Of a stretch of DNA of 39,062 nucleotides, positions 21,224 through 29,069 are shown one piece after another. Source of the DNA: Candidatus Yanofskybacteria bacterium CG10_big_fil_rev_8_21_14_0_10_36_16 (lineage in GTDB: Bacteria > Patescibacteriota > Minisyncoccia > 2-02-FULL-40-12 > IGHO2-01-FULL-4-A). Numbering within the stretch: the stretch's first letter is position 1; each line of letters opens with the position of its first letter. The stretch is from the NCBI GenBank assembly GCA_002794035.1, contig PCXQ01000002.1, forward strand, positions 1-39,062. Direction: 5' to 3'. A program made the position numbers and the translations under genes. The notes beneath the pieces are model-generated. The model was not told where the DNA came from. It did no database searches and saw only the letters and a program-made list of their open reading frames with translations.

Positions 21224-21266
21224 ATCTTAGCAAATTATAAATTTGAAGTCAACCCCGCTCTTGAAG
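21224..21266 (-). promoter_or_regulatory. putative rplJL promoter with upstream GC-rich box
   Basis: Minus strand reads CTTCAAGAGCGGGG-TTGACT-17 nt-TAAGAT. Confidence 0.5.
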
Positions 21267-21325
21267 ATAACTCCATTGTCTTTACTTCACCTTGTGAGGC
21301 TAATTTGCTTCAATGTTATATACAC

Positions 21326-21356
21326 AAAAAGGCCGCCTTTTTAGGACGGCCTTTTT
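21326..21356 (-). terminator. terminator after the pilin-like gene
   Basis: aaaaaGGCCGCC-ttttta-GGaCGGCCttttt. Confidence 0.6.
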
Positions 21357-21372
21357 GGTTTAATTTACTAAA

Positions 21373-22923
21373 TTATATCTGTGCACAATCATGAGGCGTA
21401 TAGCCTGGGAGACAATATTCTCCAGAAGCCGGAGCACCGCACAAAATTGCCTGCTCCTGTGTTCCACTGTAGCTACACCTAAAGAAGGGCTGACAACCTC
21501 CGCCGGCAACAAGACATTCTTCTCCTGTGTACTGATAATCATACACAGTTCCTCCTGTTCCATACTGATCTGGCGTCAAATTTGTATCATAATTCAAAGA
21601 ATCTAGGTTTCTCAGACACTGTAGCCATTCATGGTAATAGTCATATCCGTATTGTTCACCGCATGTTTGGAAGCTGCCTTCAAATTGTTGTTCACAAAAT
21701 GCTGCCTTATCAGCTTCATATTCGGGTAAATTGAACCACTGCAAACAATCCACATAGCCTCCTTCGTCCCTAATATCGAAAGGATGCCTGCAAACCCCTC
21801 CCTCTTTTTGTTTTATGGTTGTTTCATTGCCGTCCGCATCAATACAATCAACATAAAGATAATCGCAATTGTCAGCATTAAAAACACATTCTGGCGGTGG
21901 TTCATATATTGGATCATTATGTCCATAAACCCATTCCTGTATAGGCGTCGGGCTGGCAAACACAATCTGTCTTGTGGGTATCGGAATGGAAGTTGGGGTA
22001 GGAATTTTTATTTCAGGAATCTCCAAACCAACAACATTGGTGGGTAGTGGAGGCGGTGGAGGGGGAGGCAGTGGTAGTGGGGTTTGATTAGCTCCAGCAA
22101 TAATCAAAGCATCAGCCTGAGCCTGAGACACCATCTCAAGACCCTTTGGCAATGAGCCCCCTACTATAGAAAAAGTGTAGGGAGTCGTCCCGCCAGCTGC
22201 GTGTACTTCTTGATAGTACCATTCATTAACAACGCCTGTAGCTAAAAAGCCTGTTGTAAATCTAACTATTGAACAGTCGGAATTTTGCGCGTGAGCTTCA
22301 TCTATTAATCTAAAGTTATAAGACACTTGCCGTATACTGCTTCCAGAATTTGCAGATCCCTGAAGTATGTCGAGTGTATAGGCTCTGGTACAACTATTTC
22401 CATTTGAATCAACAACTCTGAAAGACAATGGGAATGACCCCACAGCTTCCTGAGCTTCAGCTTGATTAATCAAGCCATTATTTGGTTCTGACTGAAGAGC
22501 GCCCTGAATAAACCCATTAACAAAACCAAGAATTACGACATTGTTGTTAACTACAACCTGCTGTTGCCCGCCTCCTTGAAAATTGTTTTGATTATTTAAA
22601 ATTTTAAAGAAATCAAAAGTATTTTGTGTTAAAGCAGGGTTTATGACATTCAATATCAGCCATGAAGCCAAAAGTAAAATAGCCCCAATTATGGCCTTTT
22701 GCATTTTATCTTTGGCTCCAGAAATCGCTCCAGAGTTGCCTGCTGCTGTCAGCCACTGGAATCCAGCTCTTAAAAACTGGATGAATACAGCAAGACCAAC
22801 AACCAAAAAAGCAAACCTATAAATTTGAACAATTAAATCAGCTATTCCTTCTTCGTCTTCTCCTACTAGGGATGGAATTTCGACCTGGGCATTTGCAATT
22901 TTGAACAGCAAATAATCTAACAT
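21373..22923 (-). CDS. TrbC/VirB2-like (T4SS pilin-like) N-terminal membrane domain fused to Ig-like, poly-Pro and Cys-rich extracellular regions
   Basis: N-terminus IYRFAFLVVGLAVFIQFLRAGFQWLTAAGNSGAISGAKDKMQKAIIGAILLLASWLILNVINPAL follows the CPR pilin-like two-TM pattern. GGTTPYTFSIVGGSLPKGL is Ig-like. Also PLPLPPPPPPPLPT and at least 16 Cys in the last ~170 aa. Confidence 0.5.
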   Translation of the reverse strand: MLDYLLFKIANAQVEIPSLVGEDEEGIADLIVQIYRFAFLVVGLAVFIQFLRAGFQWLTAAGNSGAISGAKDKMQKAIIGAILLLASWLILNVINPALTQNTFDFFKILNNQNNFQGGGQQQVVVNNNVVILGFVNGFIQGALQSEPNNGLINQAEAQEAVGSFPLSFRVVDSNGNSCTRAYTLDILQGSANSGSSIRQVSYNFRLIDEAHAQNSDCSIVRFTTGFLATGVVNEWYYQEVHAAGGTTPYTFSIVGGSLPKGLEMVSQAQADALIIAGANQTPLPLPPPPPPPLPTNVVGLEIPEIKIPTPTSIPIPTRQIVFASPTPIQEWVYGHNDPIYEPPPECVFNADNCDYLYVDCIDADGNETTIKQKEGGVCRHPFDIRDEGGYVDCLQWFNLPEYEADKAAFCEQQFEGSFQTCGEQYGYDYYHEWLQCLRNLDSLNYDTNLTPDQYGTGGTVYDYQYTGEECLVAGGGCQPFFRCSYSGTQEQAILCGAPASGEYCLPGYTPHDCAQI

Positions 22924-23060
22924 CGTTTATTAGCTTGGTAAAAGTTTGATAGTTCAAACCTTGAGATTATCTAAGGAAACTAACTATCTGAGCATTAGTT
23001 ACATCTCTGACATTACTGTCAAAGAACTAACAAATACTATTTTTATCAAGCTGTTTTTAA

Positions 23061-24095
23061 TTATAACCCCAAATATTTTCTCCTAGCTGTAACGTGTTCT
23101 TGGTAAGTTCTAGAGAATATTGTTTCACCTGTATCCCGAGTGTTCAAATAATAAAGATAATCACTCCCAAGTGGATTCAGAGATGCTTTAATAGAATTTA
23201 AACCGGGGTTAGAAATAGGGCCCTCAGGAAGACCCTTCCTTTTATATGTATTATACCTTGAATCTCTTGGAATATTATCCACAAGATTAACTTTTGTAAC
23301 ATCGCACACTTCTCCAGACAACCAAACATCCAAACAAACACCGTATGCAACTGTTGCGTCAAGCTCAAGAGCTTTATCTATCTCCATTCTTTTTTCTATC
23401 ATCCCAGAAACTAAACGCATATCATCGTAATTTCTAACCTCCTTTTCAAGCATGGAAGCTATGATCACAGCTCTTTTAATCTCCTCATTACTTAAACCAT
23501 TAAAAATTTCCCTAGTTCTTAAATTAAAATTATACTGCATTTTTTCTACAACATCTCCTGCAGATATTTTTTCCAGTTCCGGCGGAGGAAATCTGTAAGT
23601 ATCAGGAAAAAAGTACCCCTCCTTATCAAGTATATTTTTGTGCAACAAATCCCCTCTTTCAATTATGCCGGCATCAGCCAATCTTTTATCTATTTCTGAA
23701 ATATTCAAACCTTCTGGAATATTAACAACAATATCCTCGGATCTTGATAAACCCAAAGAGAATATCTTTACAAGCCTATGCGTACTCATAGATGAAGACA
23801 CGTCGTAATTTCCAGCCTTAAAGTTGTCTTCATTACCCGTTATCAAAGCGTGAATAACAAAAACCATTTCACTTCTTATTACACCCATTTCAGCCAGCAG
23901 AGAAGCTGTCTCTCTTACTGTCTGACCTTTTTCAATTTTTAAAATTTGAGTTTCGTGATAACCAGGAGACAAAGGAAGAAAAACCAAAAACGCCTCAATT
24001 AAAAACAGGACCAGTGCCATAATTACAGCTAATTGTTCGGGTTTGGAGCGCGAACGTATGCGCCTATAAACACGTTTTACGAACTTAAGAATCAA
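23061..24095 (-). CDS. mltG: endolytic transglycosylase MltG (YceG-like)
   Basis: N-terminal TM; LDATVAYG; YNTYKRKGLPEGPISNPGLNSIKASLNP; DYLYYL...FSRTYQEH. Confidence 0.85.
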   Translation of the reverse strand: MILKFVKRVYRRIRSRSKPEQLAVIMALVLFLIEAFLVFLPLSPGYHETQILKIEKGQTVRETASLLAEMGVIRSEMVFVIHALITGNEDNFKAGNYDVSSSMSTHRLVKIFSLGLSRSEDIVVNIPEGLNISEIDKRLADAGIIERGDLLHKNILDKEGYFFPDTYRFPPPELEKISAGDVVEKMQYNFNLRTREIFNGLSNEEIKRAVIIASMLEKEVRNYDDMRLVSGMIEKRMEIDKALELDATVAYGVCLDVWLSGEVCDVTKVNLVDNIPRDSRYNTYKRKGLPEGPISNPGLNSIKASLNPLGSDYLYYLNTRDTGETIFSRTYQEHVTARRKYLGL

Positions 24096-24125
24096 AATGA
24101 AATATCAAAATTAAAAACTCTGCCA

Positions 24126-24156
24126 AAACTTAAACCGGCCAAGCCGGCTTAAGTTT
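24126..24156 (-). terminator. terminator after the 823-aa gene
   Basis: AAACTTAAaCCGGC-caa-GCCGGcTTAAGTTT. Confidence 0.6.
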
Positions 24157-24200
24157 TACTAATCAATTTTGAATTTTGAATTCTGCACTTTTGTTGTGCG

Positions 24201-26672
24201 TTATAGGGGTTCCTGATCCAATACGTTGCCGGGGGGTATTATCCTTCTGCCCTCCTCAAGCTGTTGCAACCGTTGTTGGACTAATTCATTTCCAGGATTT
24301 AATCTTTCGATTTCTCTAACCTGACTAAGAGCATTTTCTATGTCCCCCCTCTCTTCATACATCAATGATAGATACCACCTGGCGTTTGAATAATCCGGGA
24401 ACAAAGATACGGCCTGCTGCCAAGCATTAAATGCTGCATCTTTTTGATTATTTCTATAATATAAAAGGCCAAGCTGGAAAACAATACTTGGATCTCTTGG
24501 GCTTGAAGCCCTAATAACCTCCAATCCGGCAATTGCCTGTTTCAAATTATTCATTCTTTCGAAAGCAGCGGACATATTGTATATAGCTCTGCCATTTGAC
24601 CTGTTAAGCTCTACTGCTTTTTGATAATTTTCAACTGACTTATTTAAGTTCTCATTTATTTTCTCCCTCAACTGATTAATCGTATTTATATCACTTCTGG
24701 GAGTTCTGTTTAGTGTTCTAGTCAAATTCTCAGCAATAGCAAGATAAGTGTTCCCCAACCTTGTATATGTCAAGGAGTTGTGTGGATCACGCAATAAAGA
24801 TTCTTTATACATTTCTATGGCTATATTTTCTGAACCGCCAACCAAGCCCATAAGATTTTGATAAATAAAACCTCGATTTGCCCAATTTCTTGCATCTGTC
24901 GGATTTATATCGGTACTTCTTTTTGCAATATCTACCGCCGATGCAATATTGTTTTGTATCTTTGCATTATGTGCCTGAGTCTCAGCAGGATCAACTTCTT
25001 TATTTAACTGATCTGCCAAAACAGCAATAATGGTTTGAGACAACTCTCTTGGATAAAAAGTTTCGTTTCTGTCGCTGTTTACAGCTTTAACGAGCCTCTC
25101 AATCTTACTATCATTATTATTTTCCTCTAAAGCATTGGCATAGTGATAGCTCGCCAAATACCTATTGGCTGTAAAATATCCCCCAGTCAACACACCAACA
25201 AGAGCAACAATGAATAATACCGATCCTAGAAGTGAAAGCACTGGCGATCCTTCAAGCTCCACCACCTTCTCTTCTGATTTGGGGTTGGCAATATCAAAAA
25301 GAAGCAAGGTGAAAACTGCCAAAAACGAAAGGACGATGTTAAAAGGATAAAGAAAGGCAGAAACCACAACGCCAACAATCAAAGGTATGCCATAAGCATT
25401 CCCTGTTCCGCTACCTTTTAGCATATCTCTAAAACGCCTAAATAGAGCTACCCCCAAAAACCAAGCAAATAACAAAAGACCAATTAGCCCAGATACTCCG
25501 CTTTCGGTAACTATATTCAAAACCTCGGAAGTCGCTTTATTAAACCTTACCTGTGAAAAAGGGGTGTTGGCTATGGCCTGAGGTTTAAATTTGTCATAAG
25601 AAATTCCATAGTTACTAATACCAAAACCGAATAAAGGTTTTTCTTTTATTGAATCCTTGAGAATACTAAAGGAACTTTTTTGAGACAAATTTATTTCAGT
25701 AGGTATTTTACTTCTTAGAGGTAAGCTAAGATCAATCAACATTAAGAATGTGCCCATAACAACAATTGCTAAGGGCATAACAAAAATATTCATGCGAATT
25801 CTTCCCATCTCAAAAACTCTTATAACCATCCAACCAACAAGAACAATAAACGCTGTTATCCATAAGGGCCACCAGTTTATCAAAACCAGCAAAAATAACG
25901 TAACCAACAAAGCCAAAAATCTGGAACCATCAAAAACTTTTTTCCAAAAACCAGTCATGGACTTTGAGGAAGACATGAAAAGAGGAAGACTCAAGGCAGC
26001 TACCATAACAAGAGTATTAAGGCTCCCAACAGTATTAAATGAACGCCCTACAGATCCCAAAAAATTAAATACACCAAGACCTAATACCTGCAAAACTCCT
26101 AGCAATAAAGCAATCGCAATAGAATAAATGTAAACATTTTTTAATCTCTTGCCGTTATCATCGATTACATTTAATCCCACAACAAACAAAACGGCCAGAA
26201 AGGCCCAAACAATAAAGGAGTCTGAGGAATTGGAAAAACCACCCATCAAACTTACATATTTATTAACCGAAAATAAAGAAGACAGCAAGATAAAACCTAT
26301 AAATACCCCCATGGGCAAATAGAAACTACTAGGCCTATATTTGAAGGTTCCCGTCTTAATAACATCTAAAAGATAAAAGATTGCGGCTCCACCTGACAAA
26401 ACAACCAAAAATATTTGCTTGTTGTAATCTAACGGACTGGCAGTAAAAGGCAAAACAAACAAAGGAATTAAAAACACAGTGGCATAAAAAAACCACTGTG
26501 AGATTTTTCTAAAATTAAAGCCACTGGGTTCCTCTGTATTAGCCCGGTGGTCTGCACCAATAAGCTCGGGTTCTTCTTGTGAACCCAAACCCTCTGAAGA
26601 ATCAAGGATATTCTTTTCTTCCTTGTATTCTTCCGATACATTGGAATTATTTCCATGAAAATTAATTTCCAT
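24201..26672 (-). CDS. O-antigen ligase (Wzy_C)-like polytopic membrane protein with C-terminal TPR repeats
   Basis: About 12 TM helices over residues 60-500, then repeated TPR-like units (YANALE, YTRLGNTYLA, YQKAVELN, FQLGLLYYRNNQKDAAFNAWQQAV, RWYLSLMYEERGD). Confidence 0.6.
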   Translation of the reverse strand: MEINFHGNNSNVSEEYKEEKNILDSSEGLGSQEEPELIGADHRANTEEPSGFNFRKISQWFFYATVFLIPLFVLPFTASPLDYNKQIFLVVLSGGAAIFYLLDVIKTGTFKYRPSSFYLPMGVFIGFILLSSLFSVNKYVSLMGGFSNSSDSFIVWAFLAVLFVVGLNVIDDNGKRLKNVYIYSIAIALLLGVLQVLGLGVFNFLGSVGRSFNTVGSLNTLVMVAALSLPLFMSSSKSMTGFWKKVFDGSRFLALLVTLFLLVLINWWPLWITAFIVLVGWMVIRVFEMGRIRMNIFVMPLAIVVMGTFLMLIDLSLPLRSKIPTEINLSQKSSFSILKDSIKEKPLFGFGISNYGISYDKFKPQAIANTPFSQVRFNKATSEVLNIVTESGVSGLIGLLLFAWFLGVALFRRFRDMLKGSGTGNAYGIPLIVGVVVSAFLYPFNIVLSFLAVFTLLLFDIANPKSEEKVVELEGSPVLSLLGSVLFIVALVGVLTGGYFTANRYLASYHYANALEENNNDSKIERLVKAVNSDRNETFYPRELSQTIIAVLADQLNKEVDPAETQAHNAKIQNNIASAVDIAKRSTDINPTDARNWANRGFIYQNLMGLVGGSENIAIEMYKESLLRDPHNSLTYTRLGNTYLAIAENLTRTLNRTPRSDINTINQLREKINENLNKSVENYQKAVELNRSNGRAIYNMSAAFERMNNLKQAIAGLEVIRASSPRDPSIVFQLGLLYYRNNQKDAAFNAWQQAVSLFPDYSNARWYLSLMYEERGDIENALSQVREIERLNPGNELVQQRLQQLEEGRRIIPPGNVLDQEPL

Positions 26673-26822
26673 GTATTTTTGCTAAAAATTTGTCTTGTCT
26701 CAACGGCCATAGCGATTAAGACTTAACCGAATTTTTAACTGATTAATTAATTGTCCGCCGATTTGTTACGAACGTATTCGACCAATCGGCAAATAATAAA
26801 CTTAGGTATGTTTCTTATTATA

Positions 26823-26873
26823 ATTATATAACACAGAGATTCACAGACAAAATATTGACCCCGCCCTTGAAAG
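26823..26873 (-). promoter_or_regulatory. GC-rich box plus extended -10 promoter facing the 823-aa gene
   Basis: Minus strand reads CTTTCAAGGGCGGGGTCAATA-22 nt-TATATAAT, preceded by TGT. Confidence 0.4.
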
Positions 26874-26952
26874 TTTGTATCGTATACAATCGCACTGTGT
26901 TTATGTATTAAAATTCAACAATTTTAAAATTGAGAAGAAAGATTTAATATTC

Positions 26953-26993
26953 TCAAGAGCGGGGTTGACTTATCAACAATTAATTGAGAAGAT
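26953..26993 (+). promoter_or_regulatory. GC-rich box plus -35/-10 facing the MerR-like gene
   Basis: TCAAGAGCGGGG-TTGACT-17 nt-GAAGAT. An alternative -10, TATACT at 27012-27017, would give a near-leaderless mRNA. Confidence 0.35.
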
Positions 26994-27025
26994 AAATTTA
27001 TTAATCTTTAGTATACTTAGTACAA

Positions 27026-27280
27026 ATGGATAAAAAATACCTAACAGTAAAAGAAGTGGCAAAACTTGTCGGAGTAACCCCTCTGACAATTCGTAACTGG
27101 GATAAAGCCGGTAAACTTATTGCCCATAGAAATCCCGTAAATAATTATAGGGTATATAAAACGGCAGATGTAGATAAACTAGTAGAAGACATTGAGGGAA
27201 GCAAAGGAAAGACATTCCCCCGCCCGCCAAAAGAACCGCCCAAACCAAAAACAAAAAAACTAATGATTGAAGAATTATAA
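27026..27280 (+). CDS. MerR-type / excisionase-like HTH DNA-binding protein
   Basis: LTVKEVAKLVGVTPLTIRNWDKAGKLIAHRNPVNNYRVYKTADVDKL is a MerR N-terminal HTH with no effector domain. Pro/Lys-rich tail. Confidence 0.7.
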   Translation: MDKKYLTVKEVAKLVGVTPLTIRNWDKAGKLIAHRNPVNNYRVYKTADVDKLVEDIEGSKGKTFPRPPKEPPKPKTKKLMIEEL

Positions 27281-27306
27281 AAACGGCTCATAATGAACCG
27301 TTTTTT
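27279..27306. terminator. bidirectional hairpin
   Basis: aaAACGGcTCA-taa-TGAaCCGTTtttt, between convergent genes. Confidence 0.55.
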
Positions 27307-27311
27307 ATATG

Positions 27312-27563
27312 TTAAGCCAAAAAGAAGTTTTTCCAGATAGCTACAACACATGAAATTGTATAAATCAAAGTTAATGTAAAAACACCGAATTGCTTATTGC
27401 GCCATGCAGTTATAAACCAAAATGGTTCCGTGGTAAAAGTGAGCACAAAACCCCAAGGAGCCCATGGATTGCCGACAGCTATCATAAAAAAGCCGATACT
27501 CCCAATTATCGCAATATACCACTGGCCAAACTTTTCAAAAGACACAAAACACCTCTTCTTCAC
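27312..27563 (-). CDS. small Trp-rich 3-TM membrane protein
   Basis: 83-aa ORF with a GTG start that overlaps the upstream gene stop (GTGA). Three hydrophobic helices; FWFITAWRNKQFG. Confidence 0.5.
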   Translation of the reverse strand: MKKRCFVSFEKFGQWYIAIIGSIGFFMIAVGNPWAPWGFVLTFTTEPFWFITAWRNKQFGVFTLTLIYTISCVVAIWKNFFLA

Positions 27564-28144
27564 GTTGTTGGATAAAAACCATCAGGAATGGGCATTCTTA
27601 CCAAATGAGCCTCTTCATACGGACGCTCCACTCGATTATAAATTTTCCATGTTCTAAGTCTTGTTTCTTCATGGGGGACCACGATTTTAGGATCACTACC
27701 TAAAATCTGGTTTTTCTCTTCATCAGTTGTCGGCCTAACTTCAAACAAGCCATTAAACGGATCTCGGACAAAAGTTGCTAAATCTTTTGCTGTCACATTT
27801 TGTATGGGAATGACCAGCCATACATACTGATTCCTTTCAAGAAACCACTTTGCCTCACTTGCCACACCAAGACCCAAGCGGCCATCCAGAAAAGGCACTG
27901 CGACGCAATTTGTGCAATGGGGCAATACTTCTTCATAATAATAGTTCATTCCCTTATGGTTAGTACTGCTCTCTACCTTTCTTCGGGCCCATTTGTCATA
28001 TCCCACCTGATGATGAGGTTGATTAGGATTCTCAATAAAATCCGAGTTTGAGCCGAATAATGTTCCGACAATCAACTTAACAAAAGCTTTCTCAACTGGC
28101 TTATTATAGGTATTAACTGGATGCGCAAAATACATTTTTTTCAT
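27560..28144 (-). CDS. hypothetical protein (weak resemblance to nucleoside 2-deoxyribosyltransferase-like fold)
   Basis: 194-aa ORF with SD AGGAG. N-terminal MYFAHPVNTY and VPFLDGRLGLGVASEAKWFLERNQYVWLV recall the beta1 strand and the D..G..E patterns of that superfamily. This is pattern impression only. TGA stop. Confidence 0.5.
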   Translation of the reverse strand: MKKMYFAHPVNTYNKPVEKAFVKLIVGTLFGSNSDFIENPNQPHHQVGYDKWARRKVESSTNHKGMNYYYEEVLPHCTNCVAVPFLDGRLGLGVASEAKWFLERNQYVWLVIPIQNVTAKDLATFVRDPFNGLFEVRPTTDEEKNQILGSDPKIVVPHEETRLRTWKIYNRVERPYEEAHLVRMPIPDGFYPTT

Positions 28145-28246
28145 TTCTTTCTCCTATTTTCTTATTAAATATCTGTCACTAGGTTACAAGGGTAAAATTT
28201 TTTTTAAAGTTTACAAATTCATAAATTATTTTAAAGCAAAAACCTC

Positions 28247-28879
28247 TTATTTGAGGTTTTGATTTACATTTTCCCTAATTTTTTTAAAAATTTTATATGA
28301 TTGCATTGCGCCATTTAATGCTGTATGGGGATAAGGCTCTTGTTTAATACCTAGCCGCTTGGAAATTTTGCCGGATCTAACACTAAACTCTCTGGGATCA
28401 TATATTACATTTGGCTCAAGCAATTCTTGAACAGCCATAGAGCGGGTATCTAAACGCGTATAGTGAAAAAATCTTGATAAATCTTCATTCAAAATATCAC
28501 AACAAACAAAAGCTACCTGTAAAAAATTCCAATCAAAGAAAAAATTGTGTCCTGTTGGAATAATTTTTTCCTGCCATTGACCCAAAAATTCGAAAAGTTT
28601 TTTTAAAGCACAGTTCAAAGATACAGCATCGTTCCACTCCCCATTAAATGCGCGCTTTGGATATTCATTAATTAAATTAGAAATGCATCTCTCGGGATGT
28701 TGTGGGTTTATTTTTATTTCGAACTCACCCAACTTATCAAAGTTAGGTTGGTCAGCCACGACCATTCCTATTTCAATAATTTCATGCCACGGGACTAAAA
28801 CATTACCGACTTTTTTTAAAGGATCATGCCCAGTTGTTTCAATATCAATAAATCCAAAAATGTATTCTTCTTTGGCCAC
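28247..28879 (-). CDS. DEDDh 3'-5' exonuclease (DnaQ/RNase T-like)
   Basis: ExoI FIDIETTG, ExoII GHNFFFDWNFL, ExoIII HTALNGAMQ. GTG start with AGGAG 7 nt upstream. Confidence 0.8.
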   Translation of the reverse strand: MAKEEYIFGFIDIETTGHDPLKKVGNVLVPWHEIIEIGMVVADQPNFDKLGEFEIKINPQHPERCISNLINEYPKRAFNGEWNDAVSLNCALKKLFEFLGQWQEKIIPTGHNFFFDWNFLQVAFVCCDILNEDLSRFFHYTRLDTRSMAVQELLEPNVIYDPREFSVRSGKISKRLGIKQEPYPHTALNGAMQSYKIFKKIRENVNQNLK

Positions 28880-29002
28880 AATTTTCTCCTGTTTTTACTA
28901 AAGTGCTTAAACAAGCATAATATTATAAAAAACAAAAATCAACTGCCGATCTTTTTTATAAATTTTTTATTCAAAAATGTATAAAACTAAAATTAAAAAA
29001 TA

Positions 29003-29054
29003 AACCCCCGTTAAAACGGGGGTTTCTATCCCACACTCATACATGAGTGTGGGG
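29003..29054 (-). terminator. tandem hairpins after the ~940-aa gene
   Basis: AAACCCCCG-ttaaa-CGGGGGTTT and CCCACACTCAT-aca-TGAGTGTGGG. On the minus strand the second hairpin is followed by a T run. Confidence 0.7.
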
Positions 29055-29069
29055 GTTTATTTAAATTTT

